32,000 nt of DNA from Trichlorobacter lovleyi SZ (lineage in GTDB: Bacteria > Desulfobacterota > Desulfuromonadia > Geobacterales > Pseudopelobacteraceae): the NCBI RefSeq assembly GCF_000020385.1, contig NC_010814.1, positions 3,600,001 to 3,632,000 of the forward strand, written 5' to 3'. The notes below the pieces were generated by a model that was given only the letters and a program-made list of their open reading frames with translations, was not told the origin of the DNA and searched no databases. Made by a program: the position numbers and the translations under genes. Positions 9,301-16,105 of this stretch are shown in pieces; position 1 is the stretch's first letter; each line of letters begins with the position of its first letter.

Positions 9301-10167
9301 ATCCCTTATGATCTTTTTCCAATTGACCAGTGGCTGCCGATCGGCGAATGGTATGCCCGCCATCTGCCACAGGCACAATGGCATATTGCAGACCGGGTGA
9401 TCAATGTGCACGGCGGCAGGGGCTGCCCCTTCAGCTGCAACTTCTGCTATCATCACAGCAAGCCGCGCTATCGCGACATTGCGGTCATGATGGAAGAGGC
9501 GCAGGAGGCGCTGCAGCGCTTTGATGCCAACATGCTTTATTTTTCCGACGATCTGGTGCTGGCGACTCCCAATCGGGCACGACAGCTGGTTGAGGCGATA
9601 CACCGGCTTGACCGGCCAATCTCGTTCTCGGTCTCAACCCGCTTTGACATTCTGGCCAGGATGGATGATAGCCTGTTGCAGGAGCTGAAACAGGCCGGCT
9701 GCAGGACCATGGGGCTTGGGCTGGAATCCGGCTCTGACCGGATTCTGAAAATCATCGGGAAGAACTGCACGGCTGAACAGATTGAAGACGGACTGGAGCG
9801 GTTGCACCGCACAGGTATCTACCCCACCACCTCAATCATGACTGGCCAGCAGTCTGAGACACTTGAAGATGCTGCTGCATCAATCGCCTTGATGCAGCGT
9901 GCAGTACGGCGCGACCCCTTCATCAACTTCGCCTTTACCCTTGCCACACCGTTCCCCGGCTCTGCACTCCATGATCTGATTTTTGAAAAAGGTCTTCTCA
10001 AGGACGAGCAGGAGTTTTATGACCGCTATTTCTCAACCAGTGGAGATTTCAAACAGGTTATCAACCTGTCAGCCATGAGTGACACCGAAGTCATGGCAGC
10101 ACATTACGAACTTGAGCGGATCTATGCAGAAGAAAAGAAAAATCAGGCCTGTTCACTTAGACTGTAG
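6301..10167 (+). CDS. Four-module fusion: Rossmann MTase-like domain + CgeB-like GT + class I SAM MTase (type-11-like) + B12-binding radical SAM domain
   Basis: 1288-aa ORF. ATG 6301 overlaps the upstream TGA (ATGA). (i) aa ~30-170: FEWGSGASTLYY, FDLILVDGRARVAC, GVMILHDAE. (ii) aa ~220-565: ILFLNTYY, VSFVGG, NNMRLFEATGCGALLLTD, DHSYQRRM. (iii) aa ~640-800: LLEISCASGYY, YTGVDYSEAMI, LPFADQSFPLVISGCVLLH. (iv) aa ~840-1288: B12-binding-like FPIVVGGQMVS / GVIGEGE, then a radical-SAM core with GGRGCPFSCNFCYH. Confidence 0.85.
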   Translation: MTHPTALTLPSPPFMDPHEVEAFALLLRGFSNPLQAFEWGSGASTLYYGSRLPFGSFWQSVEHDAEWHQHTAQEAARWDAHRIAVRHVPPDRIWHDTGDDGDYATFRNYVLFPTTLGRQFDLILVDGRARVACMAVGWELLQDDGVMILHDAERPEYQPGIPTGCYQIRLSAYSARVNGPVELLLMAKKADLLVRLERQLRRNMPPQVSIDSNLPPAAPAPRILFLNTYYQAFMNGLYARQPELDTLPYYQQKRVLIDSCFGDSDFYSTGMASAGWEADELIINASRLQETWAREQDFPVDDCNAILLEQIRRYRPDVLYLQDLSPATEAFITAVRPFVHLIVGQIASPIPEQTHLQGFDLIISSFPHFVKQFRKMGITAYYQPLAFEPRILNRLPQVVREIPVSFVGGISPYHGTGLTVLETIAKSIPLDVWGYGAQALPPESPLRQRHHGEAWGLQMFSLLAGSRITLNRHIDVAENHANNMRLFEATGCGALLLTDYRDNLGELFEIGREVVAYRSPEEAVLLARYYQQHPEEAAAIARAGQQRTLRDHSYQRRMHQTAQILERHLRYRTERELYPTVDYARISYGYNNLQKNEVLPAMEQGWQDAGIPAKQRALVQLELEAMYHGRTPQVFQVLAELLRPVVTPGMELLEISCASGYYSEVIEYLLSRQVNYTGVDYSEAMIRMAQDYYPDRRFRVADGAALPFADQSFPLVISGCVLLHTADYSRHIAETARVAQEWIVVHRTPVFRLRPTQYLSKLAYGVETVEMRFNEQELLGHFMQHGFELLRTLTYAEHPEEDGYEVSYLLKRTGPVSASKDKHKPAIPAKSPSIAPNRQGPVVLVSRAIAFTFPLAYAYLAGQLRSQGEEVKLLFKEMPFELLVKQIMALNPLLVGFGNLYPELEETRRLIRMLDEAGRTFPIVVGGQMVSPIPEFAVRITGADYGVIGEGELILAELVTRLRNGSDVSDLKGLVIREGEDIRNNGPGACIENLSTGLPPIPYDLFPIDQWLPIGEWYARHLPQAQWHIADRVINVHGGRGCPFSCNFCYHHSKPRYRDIAVMMEEAQEALQRFDANMLYFSDDLVLATPNRARQLVEAIHRLDRPISFSVSTRFDILARMDDSLLQELKQAGCRTMGLGLESGSDRILKIIGKNCTAEQIEDGLERLHRTGIYPTTSIMTGQQSETLEDAAASIALMQRAVRRDPFINFAFTLATPFPGSALHDLIFEKGLLKDEQEFYDRYFSTSGDFKQVINLSAMSDTEVMAAHYELERIYAEEKKNQACSLRL
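9424..9447 (+). other. Radical-SAM [4Fe-4S] cluster motif CX3CX2C (CPFSCNFC) within CDS 6301..10167
   Basis: In-frame Cys codons at 9424-9426, 9436-9438 and 9445-9447. The motif follows a Rossmann-like B12-binding-type segment, as in class B radical SAM enzymes. Confidence 0.8.
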
Positions 10168-10190
10168 GCACATATAAGAGAGAGTTCAAT

Positions 10191-11102
10191 ATGACCATCA
10201 TTGATGAAATCCTTGAAAGTAACTACTTCACCGACAACCCTCCGGTACTGCTCGATATCGGGGCCTCCACTGCGATCCACCCCAAATGGCAGCCGTTGGC
10301 CAGGCACTCGATCTGTATCGCCTTTGATGCCGATGACCGGGAGATCGGTTATGCGGCCACCGCTTCAAAGGGGTATAAGAAACTGCACCTGTTCAACAGT
10401 CTGGTAAGCGACGGGGCAGCTGCGGAGGCAGATTTCTTCCTGACCAGGTTCCCCCTCTGCTCAAGCCTGCTTGAGCCGGACCAGCAGAGCCTTGCACAGT
10501 ATAATTTCGGCGACCTGTTTGAGCTGGACAAGGTCGTCCGGCTGAAAACCGTGCAACTGAGAGAGGCCCTCAAAGCGGCAGGTGTGGCCAAAGTAGACTG
10601 GTTCAAGACCGACTCCCAGGGCACTGACCTGCGCCTGTTCAACAGCCTGGGCAACAACCTGATCAAACAGACGCTGGTGGCGGAATTTGAACCGGGTATC
10701 GTTGACGCCTACAGGGGGGAGGATAAACTGCACGACCTGATGAGGTTTATGGACAGCCAGCCTTTCTGGATGAACGACATGCATATCAAGGGGACCCAGC
10801 GGATCAGTCAGGAGGCCCTGCGCAGATGTTTTCAGGATCATACCGGGCAGCTCAGGGAGGGCATGTCGCTCAAGACCTCCCCCTGCTGGAGCGAAGTCTC
10901 CTATTTTAACAGTTTTGGGCCTGAAGCCGACTGGCTGAACCAGCGGGATTACCTGCTGGGCTGGATATTTGCCCTGATTGAAGGGCAGTATGGTTTCGGG
11001 CTGGACATTGCGCTGCAAGGCGGAAAACGATTCGGGACAGCGGTCTTTGAACAGCTGGCCGAATGCTCCGTTGAACTGCTGACCAGAGACAGCTCGAGAT
11101 AG
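10191..11102 (+). CDS. FkbM-family-like SAM-dependent methyltransferase (tentative)
   Basis: 303-aa ORF with a purine-rich stretch (aagagagag) upstream of the ATG. LLDIGAST resembles the FkbM DIGAN.G motif, and VDWFKTDSQGTDLRLF resembles the FkbM (I/L)K.D.EG.E..(V/L)L motif. Confidence 0.6.
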   Translation: MTIIDEILESNYFTDNPPVLLDIGASTAIHPKWQPLARHSICIAFDADDREIGYAATASKGYKKLHLFNSLVSDGAAAEADFFLTRFPLCSSLLEPDQQSLAQYNFGDLFELDKVVRLKTVQLREALKAAGVAKVDWFKTDSQGTDLRLFNSLGNNLIKQTLVAEFEPGIVDAYRGEDKLHDLMRFMDSQPFWMNDMHIKGTQRISQEALRRCFQDHTGQLREGMSLKTSPCWSEVSYFNSFGPEADWLNQRDYLLGWIFALIEGQYGFGLDIALQGGKRFGTAVFEQLAECSVELLTRDSSR

Positions 11103-11114
11103 AAGGACAACCAC

Positions 11115-12122
11115 ATGGAATCATTCAACAACAAACGGGTATTGATCACGGGCGGCCTCGGTTTCATCGGTTCAAACCTGGCTATCCGCCTGGTGCAACT
11201 GGGGGCCCAGGTCACACTGGTGGACAGCCTGATCCCTGAATACGGCGGTAATCTCTGGAATATTGAACCGGTCAAGGAGCAGGTACGGGTCAATATCTCC
11301 GACGTCCGGGATGAACATGCCATGAAGTACCTGATTCAAGGCCAGGACTTCCTGTTCAACCTGGCCGGCCAGACCAGCCACCTTGATTCAATGCAGAACC
11401 CCTATCCGGACCTTGAGATCAACGCCCGCGCTCAGCTTTCGATCCTTGAGGCCTGCCGCCACCACAATCCCGCCATCAAGCTGGTTTTTGCCAGTACCCG
11501 CCAGATGTACGGTGCCCCCCGCTACCTGCCGGTGGATGAAAAACACCCCCTGGCCCCGGTTGATGTGAACGGCATCAACAAGATGGCCGGAGAGTGGTAC
11601 CACCTGGTATATAACAACGTCTACGGCATCCGGGCCTCGGTGCTGCGCCTGACCAACACCTATGGCCCCCGCATGCGGGTCAAGGATGCCCGCCAGACCT
11701 TTCTGGGTATCTGGATCAGAAATATCCTGACCGGCCAGCCGGTGCTGGTCTTCGGGGATGGCAGACAGGTCCGCGACTTTAATTACGTTGACGATGTGGT
11801 TGAAGCAATGCTGCTCTGCGCGGCATCTGACGCTGCCAACGGCGAGATATTCAATCTGGGTGCGGATGACCCGGCCAACCTGCAGGATACCGCCCAGCTG
11901 CTGGTCCAGGCTGCCGGCCAGGGCAGCTTTGCACTGGTGCCGTTTCCGCCGGACCGCAAGGCGATCGACATTGGCGACTACTACGCCGATTACGGCAAGA
12001 TCAAGGCGACACTGGGCTGGCAACCGGCTGTAGCGCTTCAGGAAGGGCTGCAACGCACCCTGGCCTACTACCGCACCGACGGCGCACACTACTGGGAGGA
12101 GGCAGACCATGCCCGCTCCTGA
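11115..12122 (+). CDS. NAD-dependent sugar-nucleotide epimerase/dehydratase (extended SDR family)
   Basis: 335-aa ORF, RBS aagga 9-13 nt upstream. N-terminal VLITGGLGFIGSNL Rossmann motif, FASTRQMYG, LRLTNTYGPR, VRDFNYVDDVV and LGWQP are typical of the GalE/RmlB/UXS-like fold. The position aligned to the catalytic YxxxK reads NGINK (see findings). Confidence 0.85.
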   Translation: MESFNNKRVLITGGLGFIGSNLAIRLVQLGAQVTLVDSLIPEYGGNLWNIEPVKEQVRVNISDVRDEHAMKYLIQGQDFLFNLAGQTSHLDSMQNPYPDLEINARAQLSILEACRHHNPAIKLVFASTRQMYGAPRYLPVDEKHPLAPVDVNGINKMAGEWYHLVYNNVYGIRASVLRLTNTYGPRMRVKDARQTFLGIWIRNILTGQPVLVFGDGRQVRDFNYVDDVVEAMLLCAASDAANGEIFNLGADDPANLQDTAQLLVQAAGQGSFALVPFPPDRKAIDIGDYYADYGKIKATLGWQPAVALQEGLQRTLAYYRTDGAHYWEEADHARS

Positions 12123-12193
12123 TCTGCTCGCCGCAACCACAGACTGCTGCCCTGAACAGATACCCGCCACCGGCAGTTTCCCGGTCGTACGGC

Positions 12194-13267
12194 ATGAAAG
12201 GTAACCGGGACATGCGCTGGTACTGTACCTACTGTGATCGCAACTATCTGGTCAGGCTCCTTGCCCTGGCGGATTCCCTGACCCGGCATGAGCGGCAACC
12301 GTTTACCATCCTCGTGGTCTGTCTGGACGAGCTGACCCGTACCTTATTGAACCACCTTCAGCTACCCAATATCCGAAGCATCGGCCTGCACGAGCTTGAA
12401 TCCCGTGATCACCAGCTGCGTGAGGCCAGAAATACGCGCAGTCTGGTTGAGTACTACTGGACTCTCACCCCGACCGTGCTGCTGTTTCTTTTTGAACAGC
12501 ATCCGCAGATCGACCGTCTGACCTATCTGGATGCCGACCTGTTCTTCTTCAGCTCGCCGGAGCCGATGTTCTCGGAGGCACCCGATGCCTCCGTGTTAAT
12601 TCACAGCCACCGCTTTGCAAAAAGATATACCATGCTTGAGGCGTACGGCACCTACAACGTGGGGCTACTCAGTTTTGTCAGGAATACCGAGGCGCTGGGC
12701 ATTCTACGCGAGTGGCGTGGACAATGTCTGCACTGGTGTTTTGCCAGCCTGGAGGATGGAAAATTCGGCGACCAGCTCTACCTGAACGATTGGCCGCAAC
12801 GGTTTGCCGGCGTCCATGTGCTGCAGCACCCGGGAGTCGGGGTAGCCCCCTGGAACCAGAACGATGCCAGCCTGGCAACCGCTGCTACAGGAGAACTGCT
12901 GGTGGATGGCGCCCCGCTGATCTTCTACCACTTCCATGCCCTGGAGATATTGTCTCCTGAGGTCTATCTGCCGGCAAAGCTGTTACATTACCGTTTTGAG
13001 CTGCCGGTCCTGCGCCATTGCTACCTTCCCTATGTTCGGACCCTGCAGCAGGAGCTGGCACGATTGGACTCACTGCTACCGGGATCAACCTGCGGCATAG
13101 CGCACCAGACCGGCGCTGTTGCCCACACCCTGCTGGCCACACAATCGAGCGCACTGATCCTGGCCGAGCATCTGCCGGGCTTTTCGCAGAGCCCCCTGGC
13201 TGACGGCTGGGTTGTCGGCAAGGTGCCGGTTGAACTACCTGACGCAGGCACTGTACAAACGGCATGA
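12194..13267 (+). CDS. GT-A fold glycosyltransferase (GT8 / nucleotide-diphospho-sugar transferase-like)
   Basis: 357-aa ORF; an alternative ATG at 12212 has aagg upstream. DxD-type motif YLDADLFFF, YNVGLLSF and FGDQLYLNDW resemble GT8-like retaining transferases. Confidence 0.6.
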   Translation: MKGNRDMRWYCTYCDRNYLVRLLALADSLTRHERQPFTILVVCLDELTRTLLNHLQLPNIRSIGLHELESRDHQLREARNTRSLVEYYWTLTPTVLLFLFEQHPQIDRLTYLDADLFFFSSPEPMFSEAPDASVLIHSHRFAKRYTMLEAYGTYNVGLLSFVRNTEALGILREWRGQCLHWCFASLEDGKFGDQLYLNDWPQRFAGVHVLQHPGVGVAPWNQNDASLATAATGELLVDGAPLIFYHFHALEILSPEVYLPAKLLHYRFELPVLRHCYLPYVRTLQQELARLDSLLPGSTCGIAHQTGAVAHTLLATQSSALILAEHLPGFSQSPLADGWVVGKVPVELPDAGTVQTA

Positions 13268-13280
13268 TGAGGAGCTACCC

Positions 13281-14300
13281 ATGAAGGTTTCCATGCCGCG
13301 AGGAACGGCACATGGCTGGGGGGTCGCCGGTGAGCAGCTGAGCCGTGAGATGGCACTGCTGCCATCGCTGGCCGAGGTGACCCTGCACGGTATCCGCACT
13401 GTGGCTCTCGACCCTTTTGACCCTGCCGCCTGGGACCGCCACAATATCGGTTACTGCTTCTTTGAAGACACGATCACCGTGTTGGAGTACACCCGCCAGG
13501 CTGCAAAGAACTGGGACGTCATCGTGGCCGGCTCCTCGTGGTGCGAGCAGCACCTGAGGATCGGCGGAGTACGCAATACGACCACCATCCTGCAGGGGGT
13601 TGATGCAAGCACCTTCTACCCCGGTCCCAAGCGGAACCTTGCGGACCGGTTCGTGGTCTTTTCCGGCGGCAAGTTTGAGCTGCGTAAAGGGCAGGATCTG
13701 GTGATTGCGGCCATGCGGGTATTTATGGAGCGGCACGCTGATGTGCTGCTTTCCTGTGCCTGGTACAACCAGTGGCCGTTTTCCCTGGCCACCATGGAGC
13801 TGTCCACGCTCATCAACTACCAACACCGTGAAGGTGACTGCCTTGAGATTCTGGCCGAGACCCTGGAGGCCAACGGCATCCCGCTCGACCGGGTACTGCT
13901 GTATCCGCTGCTGGATAACCACCAGATGCGGCAGGTCTACCACAACTCCGACATCGGGCTGTTTCCCAACCGCGGCGAGGGGGGCAACAACCTGGTGATG
14001 TGTGAATACATGGCCTGCGGCCGGACCGTGATCGCCTCGGACATGACCGGCCATGGCGACGTGATCACAGCAGAAAATGCACTGGCCCTGACCTCCTATC
14101 GGCCGTATCACTACCGTCATCATGCTGAGGGGGTCTGGTTTGAGGCATCGGTGGATGAAATCGTGGAGCAGCTGGAATATGCCTACCAGCATCGTCCGGT
14201 TCTGCGTCTGAAAGGGCTGAAGGCCGTTGAGGATATGGCACGCCTGACCTGGCACAGTGCGGCGCAGCAGTTTCATGAACTTGGCAGACGCTATGCCTGA
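13281..14300 (+). CDS. GT-B glycosyltransferase (GT1/GT4-like)
   Basis: The track ORF begins at 13212, overlapping the upstream gene. ATG 13281 has GAGGAG (13269-13274) 6 nt upstream and lies just after the upstream TGA (13265-13267). The C-terminal FPNRGEGGNNLVMCEYMACGRTVIAS matches the GT4 E-x7-E nucleotide-sugar binding region. Confidence 0.75.
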   Translation: MKVSMPRGTAHGWGVAGEQLSREMALLPSLAEVTLHGIRTVALDPFDPAAWDRHNIGYCFFEDTITVLEYTRQAAKNWDVIVAGSSWCEQHLRIGGVRNTTTILQGVDASTFYPGPKRNLADRFVVFSGGKFELRKGQDLVIAAMRVFMERHADVLLSCAWYNQWPFSLATMELSTLINYQHREGDCLEILAETLEANGIPLDRVLLYPLLDNHQMRQVYHNSDIGLFPNRGEGGNNLVMCEYMACGRTVIASDMTGHGDVITAENALALTSYRPYHYRHHAEGVWFEASVDEIVEQLEYAYQHRPVLRLKGLKAVEDMARLTWHSAAQQFHELGRRYA

Positions 14301-14314
14301 TGCTGTTCAGATAC

Positions 14315-16105
14315 TCAGTGTCTGGACCGTTCAGACCAGACCTGCGTAAAGGCCGCCTCAAGATCCCGGGTAAACGCAACCGTATCGCAGATCGGCGATG
14401 CTGCCATCTGCTGCCGCAGACGGCTTCGCAGGGTAGACAGACCGGCCAGATTACTGCCCCAGGCAAGCGCTGTAGCAACATAGGCATCCTCACTGGCAAC
14501 GATCCAGTCTGCCACCCCCGCCTGCGTGAGATGACTCTCGGCATGGCGCACAAAAGGCGGCCGCTTGCCGCGTAACACCAGGGTCGGCACCCCCATCCAG
14601 AGTGCCTCAAGAACGGTCACCCCCCCTTGATAGGGAACCGGATCCAATGCGATATCAACCTGATGATAGGCTGCCAACAGCTCTCTACGGGGGGCATACC
14701 CCTCCAGCAGGATCCGGTCTGACGACACCCCTTCAGCTGCCAGTTTTTCCCAATAAGCGCTGCGGACCAAGGGGTCATCAAATCCCTTTGACTTCAGGAA
14801 CAGCCGCGATCCGGGCAGGGCACGCAGCACCGCCCCCCAGAGCGCAAGGGTGCTGCTGTTTAGCTTTTGCACTGTATTGAATGACCCAAAGGTGATGCAT
14901 CCGGTTGTCAGTGCAGGCAAGCTCCCTACCAGCGGCGCATCCGCAGGGGGTCGGAAGCTGACATAGCCGTGGGGCAGGTAGAGCGGGCGTTCCGTATAGT
15001 ACGGGCGATCTTCCGGCGGTAATGCCACCTGATCGGCAAGGATATGATCCATCGCCTCCAGGCCGGTACTCCCCGGATAGCCTCCCCAGGTGATCTGCAG
15101 CGGGGCCAGTCTCCGGGCAAAGAGGTCAAGGTAATTCCCCCCGGTATGGCCCGCCATGTCTACCGCAATATCGAGCTGCCAGGCGCGGATCTGGCGTACG
15201 ATCTCCAGGCGGTCAGTGCCATGCAGCACAACCCAATGTTCTGCTGAGCGTTTCAGGGCCGCAGTCAGCTCATCCCGCTCTGTATAGGGTGAAAAAACCA
15301 CGATCTCAAAGCGATTCCGGTCATGGGCCGGAATCACCCCTTCCAGAAAATAACCCACGGGATGGGCGTACAGATCGGCAGAGAGATAGCCGATCCTGAT
15401 CCGCTTACGTGTACCAGGGCTCAAGGGTGGCGCCGGTGCTGTCTCAATCCGGCATGTTTCCTCAAACCGGCGATGCATGCCGGCGATGAATTCACCGCTT
15501 AGACTATGGAGCTGTTTTGCCACCCTGCTGATCCGCACGGCCAGTCCCGGAACTGCTGCACACATGTCCAGTTCCCGGGCAACAACCTGCGGCGCAATGG
15601 TACGAACCATCAGCAAGGTATAGAGCAAATTACTGACAGTGGCCCGGGCGTGCCGGTCAAGCTCCACTGAGAGGCCATACCAGAGCAGGGCCGCTTCTGC
15701 CTCACCGGCCATGACCAGGGCATTCCCCAGACCGGACAACAATCCGGGATTGACAGGGTCGGCAGCAACCGACCGGCGCAGGGCCGTCACGGCAGCAACA
15801 TACCGTTTGCCCTGCTCCAGCATCCTGGCATAGCCGAGCGCCCCGTTTGCATAGCCCGGCATCTCCTCAAACAGACCACGGTACGCCGTCTCAGCCTCAG
15901 CATAACGGCCAAGCTTTTCAAACAGCCAGGCACAGTTGTTTTGCAGGGTATATTCGTGCGGACAGGCAGCAAGCAGCTCCTGAAAAATGTCCAGAGCCTG
16001 CTGATAGTTGCCGCTGGAGACGAGGGAGGTCGCCTGGGCAAAACGTTTCTCAAGCAGGGCTGCTGCCCCTGCAAACAGGGGAGAGCAAGAATCGCTTGCA
16101 TTCAC
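14315..16105 (-). CDS. TPR-repeat protein with C-terminal GT41 (OGT / SPINDLY-type) glycosyltransferase domain; candidate flagellin glycosyltransferase (FlmG-like architecture)
   Basis: The track ORF starts at GTG 16123. The in-frame GTG at 16105 is preceded by AAGGAG plus 8 nt and makes a GTGA overlap with the upstream stop, so I prefer it. The N-terminal ~230 aa are TPR-like. The C-terminal half carries IRIGYLSADLYAHPVGYF, DMAGHTGGN, APLQITWGGYPGSTGL, ITFGSFN and VDIALDPVPYQGGVTVLEALWMGVPTL, typical of COG3914/GT41. Confidence 0.8.
   Translation of the reverse strand: MNASDSCSPLFAGAAALLEKRFAQATSLVSSGNYQQALDIFQELLAACPHEYTLQNNCAWLFEKLGRYAEAETAYRGLFEEMPGYANGALGYARMLEQGKRYVAAVTALRRSVAADPVNPGLLSGLGNALVMAGEAEAALLWYGLSVELDRHARATVSNLLYTLLMVRTIAPQVVARELDMCAAVPGLAVRISRVAKQLHSLSGEFIAGMHRRFEETCRIETAPAPPLSPGTRKRIRIGYLSADLYAHPVGYFLEGVIPAHDRNRFEIVVFSPYTERDELTAALKRSAEHWVVLHGTDRLEIVRQIRAWQLDIAVDMAGHTGGNYLDLFARRLAPLQITWGGYPGSTGLEAMDHILADQVALPPEDRPYYTERPLYLPHGYVSFRPPADAPLVGSLPALTTGCITFGSFNTVQKLNSSTLALWGAVLRALPGSRLFLKSKGFDDPLVRSAYWEKLAAEGVSSDRILLEGYAPRRELLAAYHQVDIALDPVPYQGGVTVLEALWMGVPTLVLRGKRPPFVRHAESHLTQAGVADWIVASEDAYVATALAWGSNLAGLSTLRSRLRQQMAASPICDTVAFTRDLEAAFTQVWSERSRH

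Noticed and set aside
13275-14276. Long antisense ORFs opposite real genes. Examples: 13275..14276(-) 333 aa, 11388..12170(-) 260 aa, 10461..11114(-) 217 aa, 25504..26376(+) 290 aa, 23459..24205(+) 248 aa, 22409..23074(+) 221 aa, 16792..17316(+) 174 aa.
   Set aside because: They lie entirely within longer ORFs that carry clear enzyme motifs on the other strand. Their translations are R/P/G/Q-rich with no recognisable motifs or RBS. This is typical of shadow ORFs in roughly 58% GC coding DNA.
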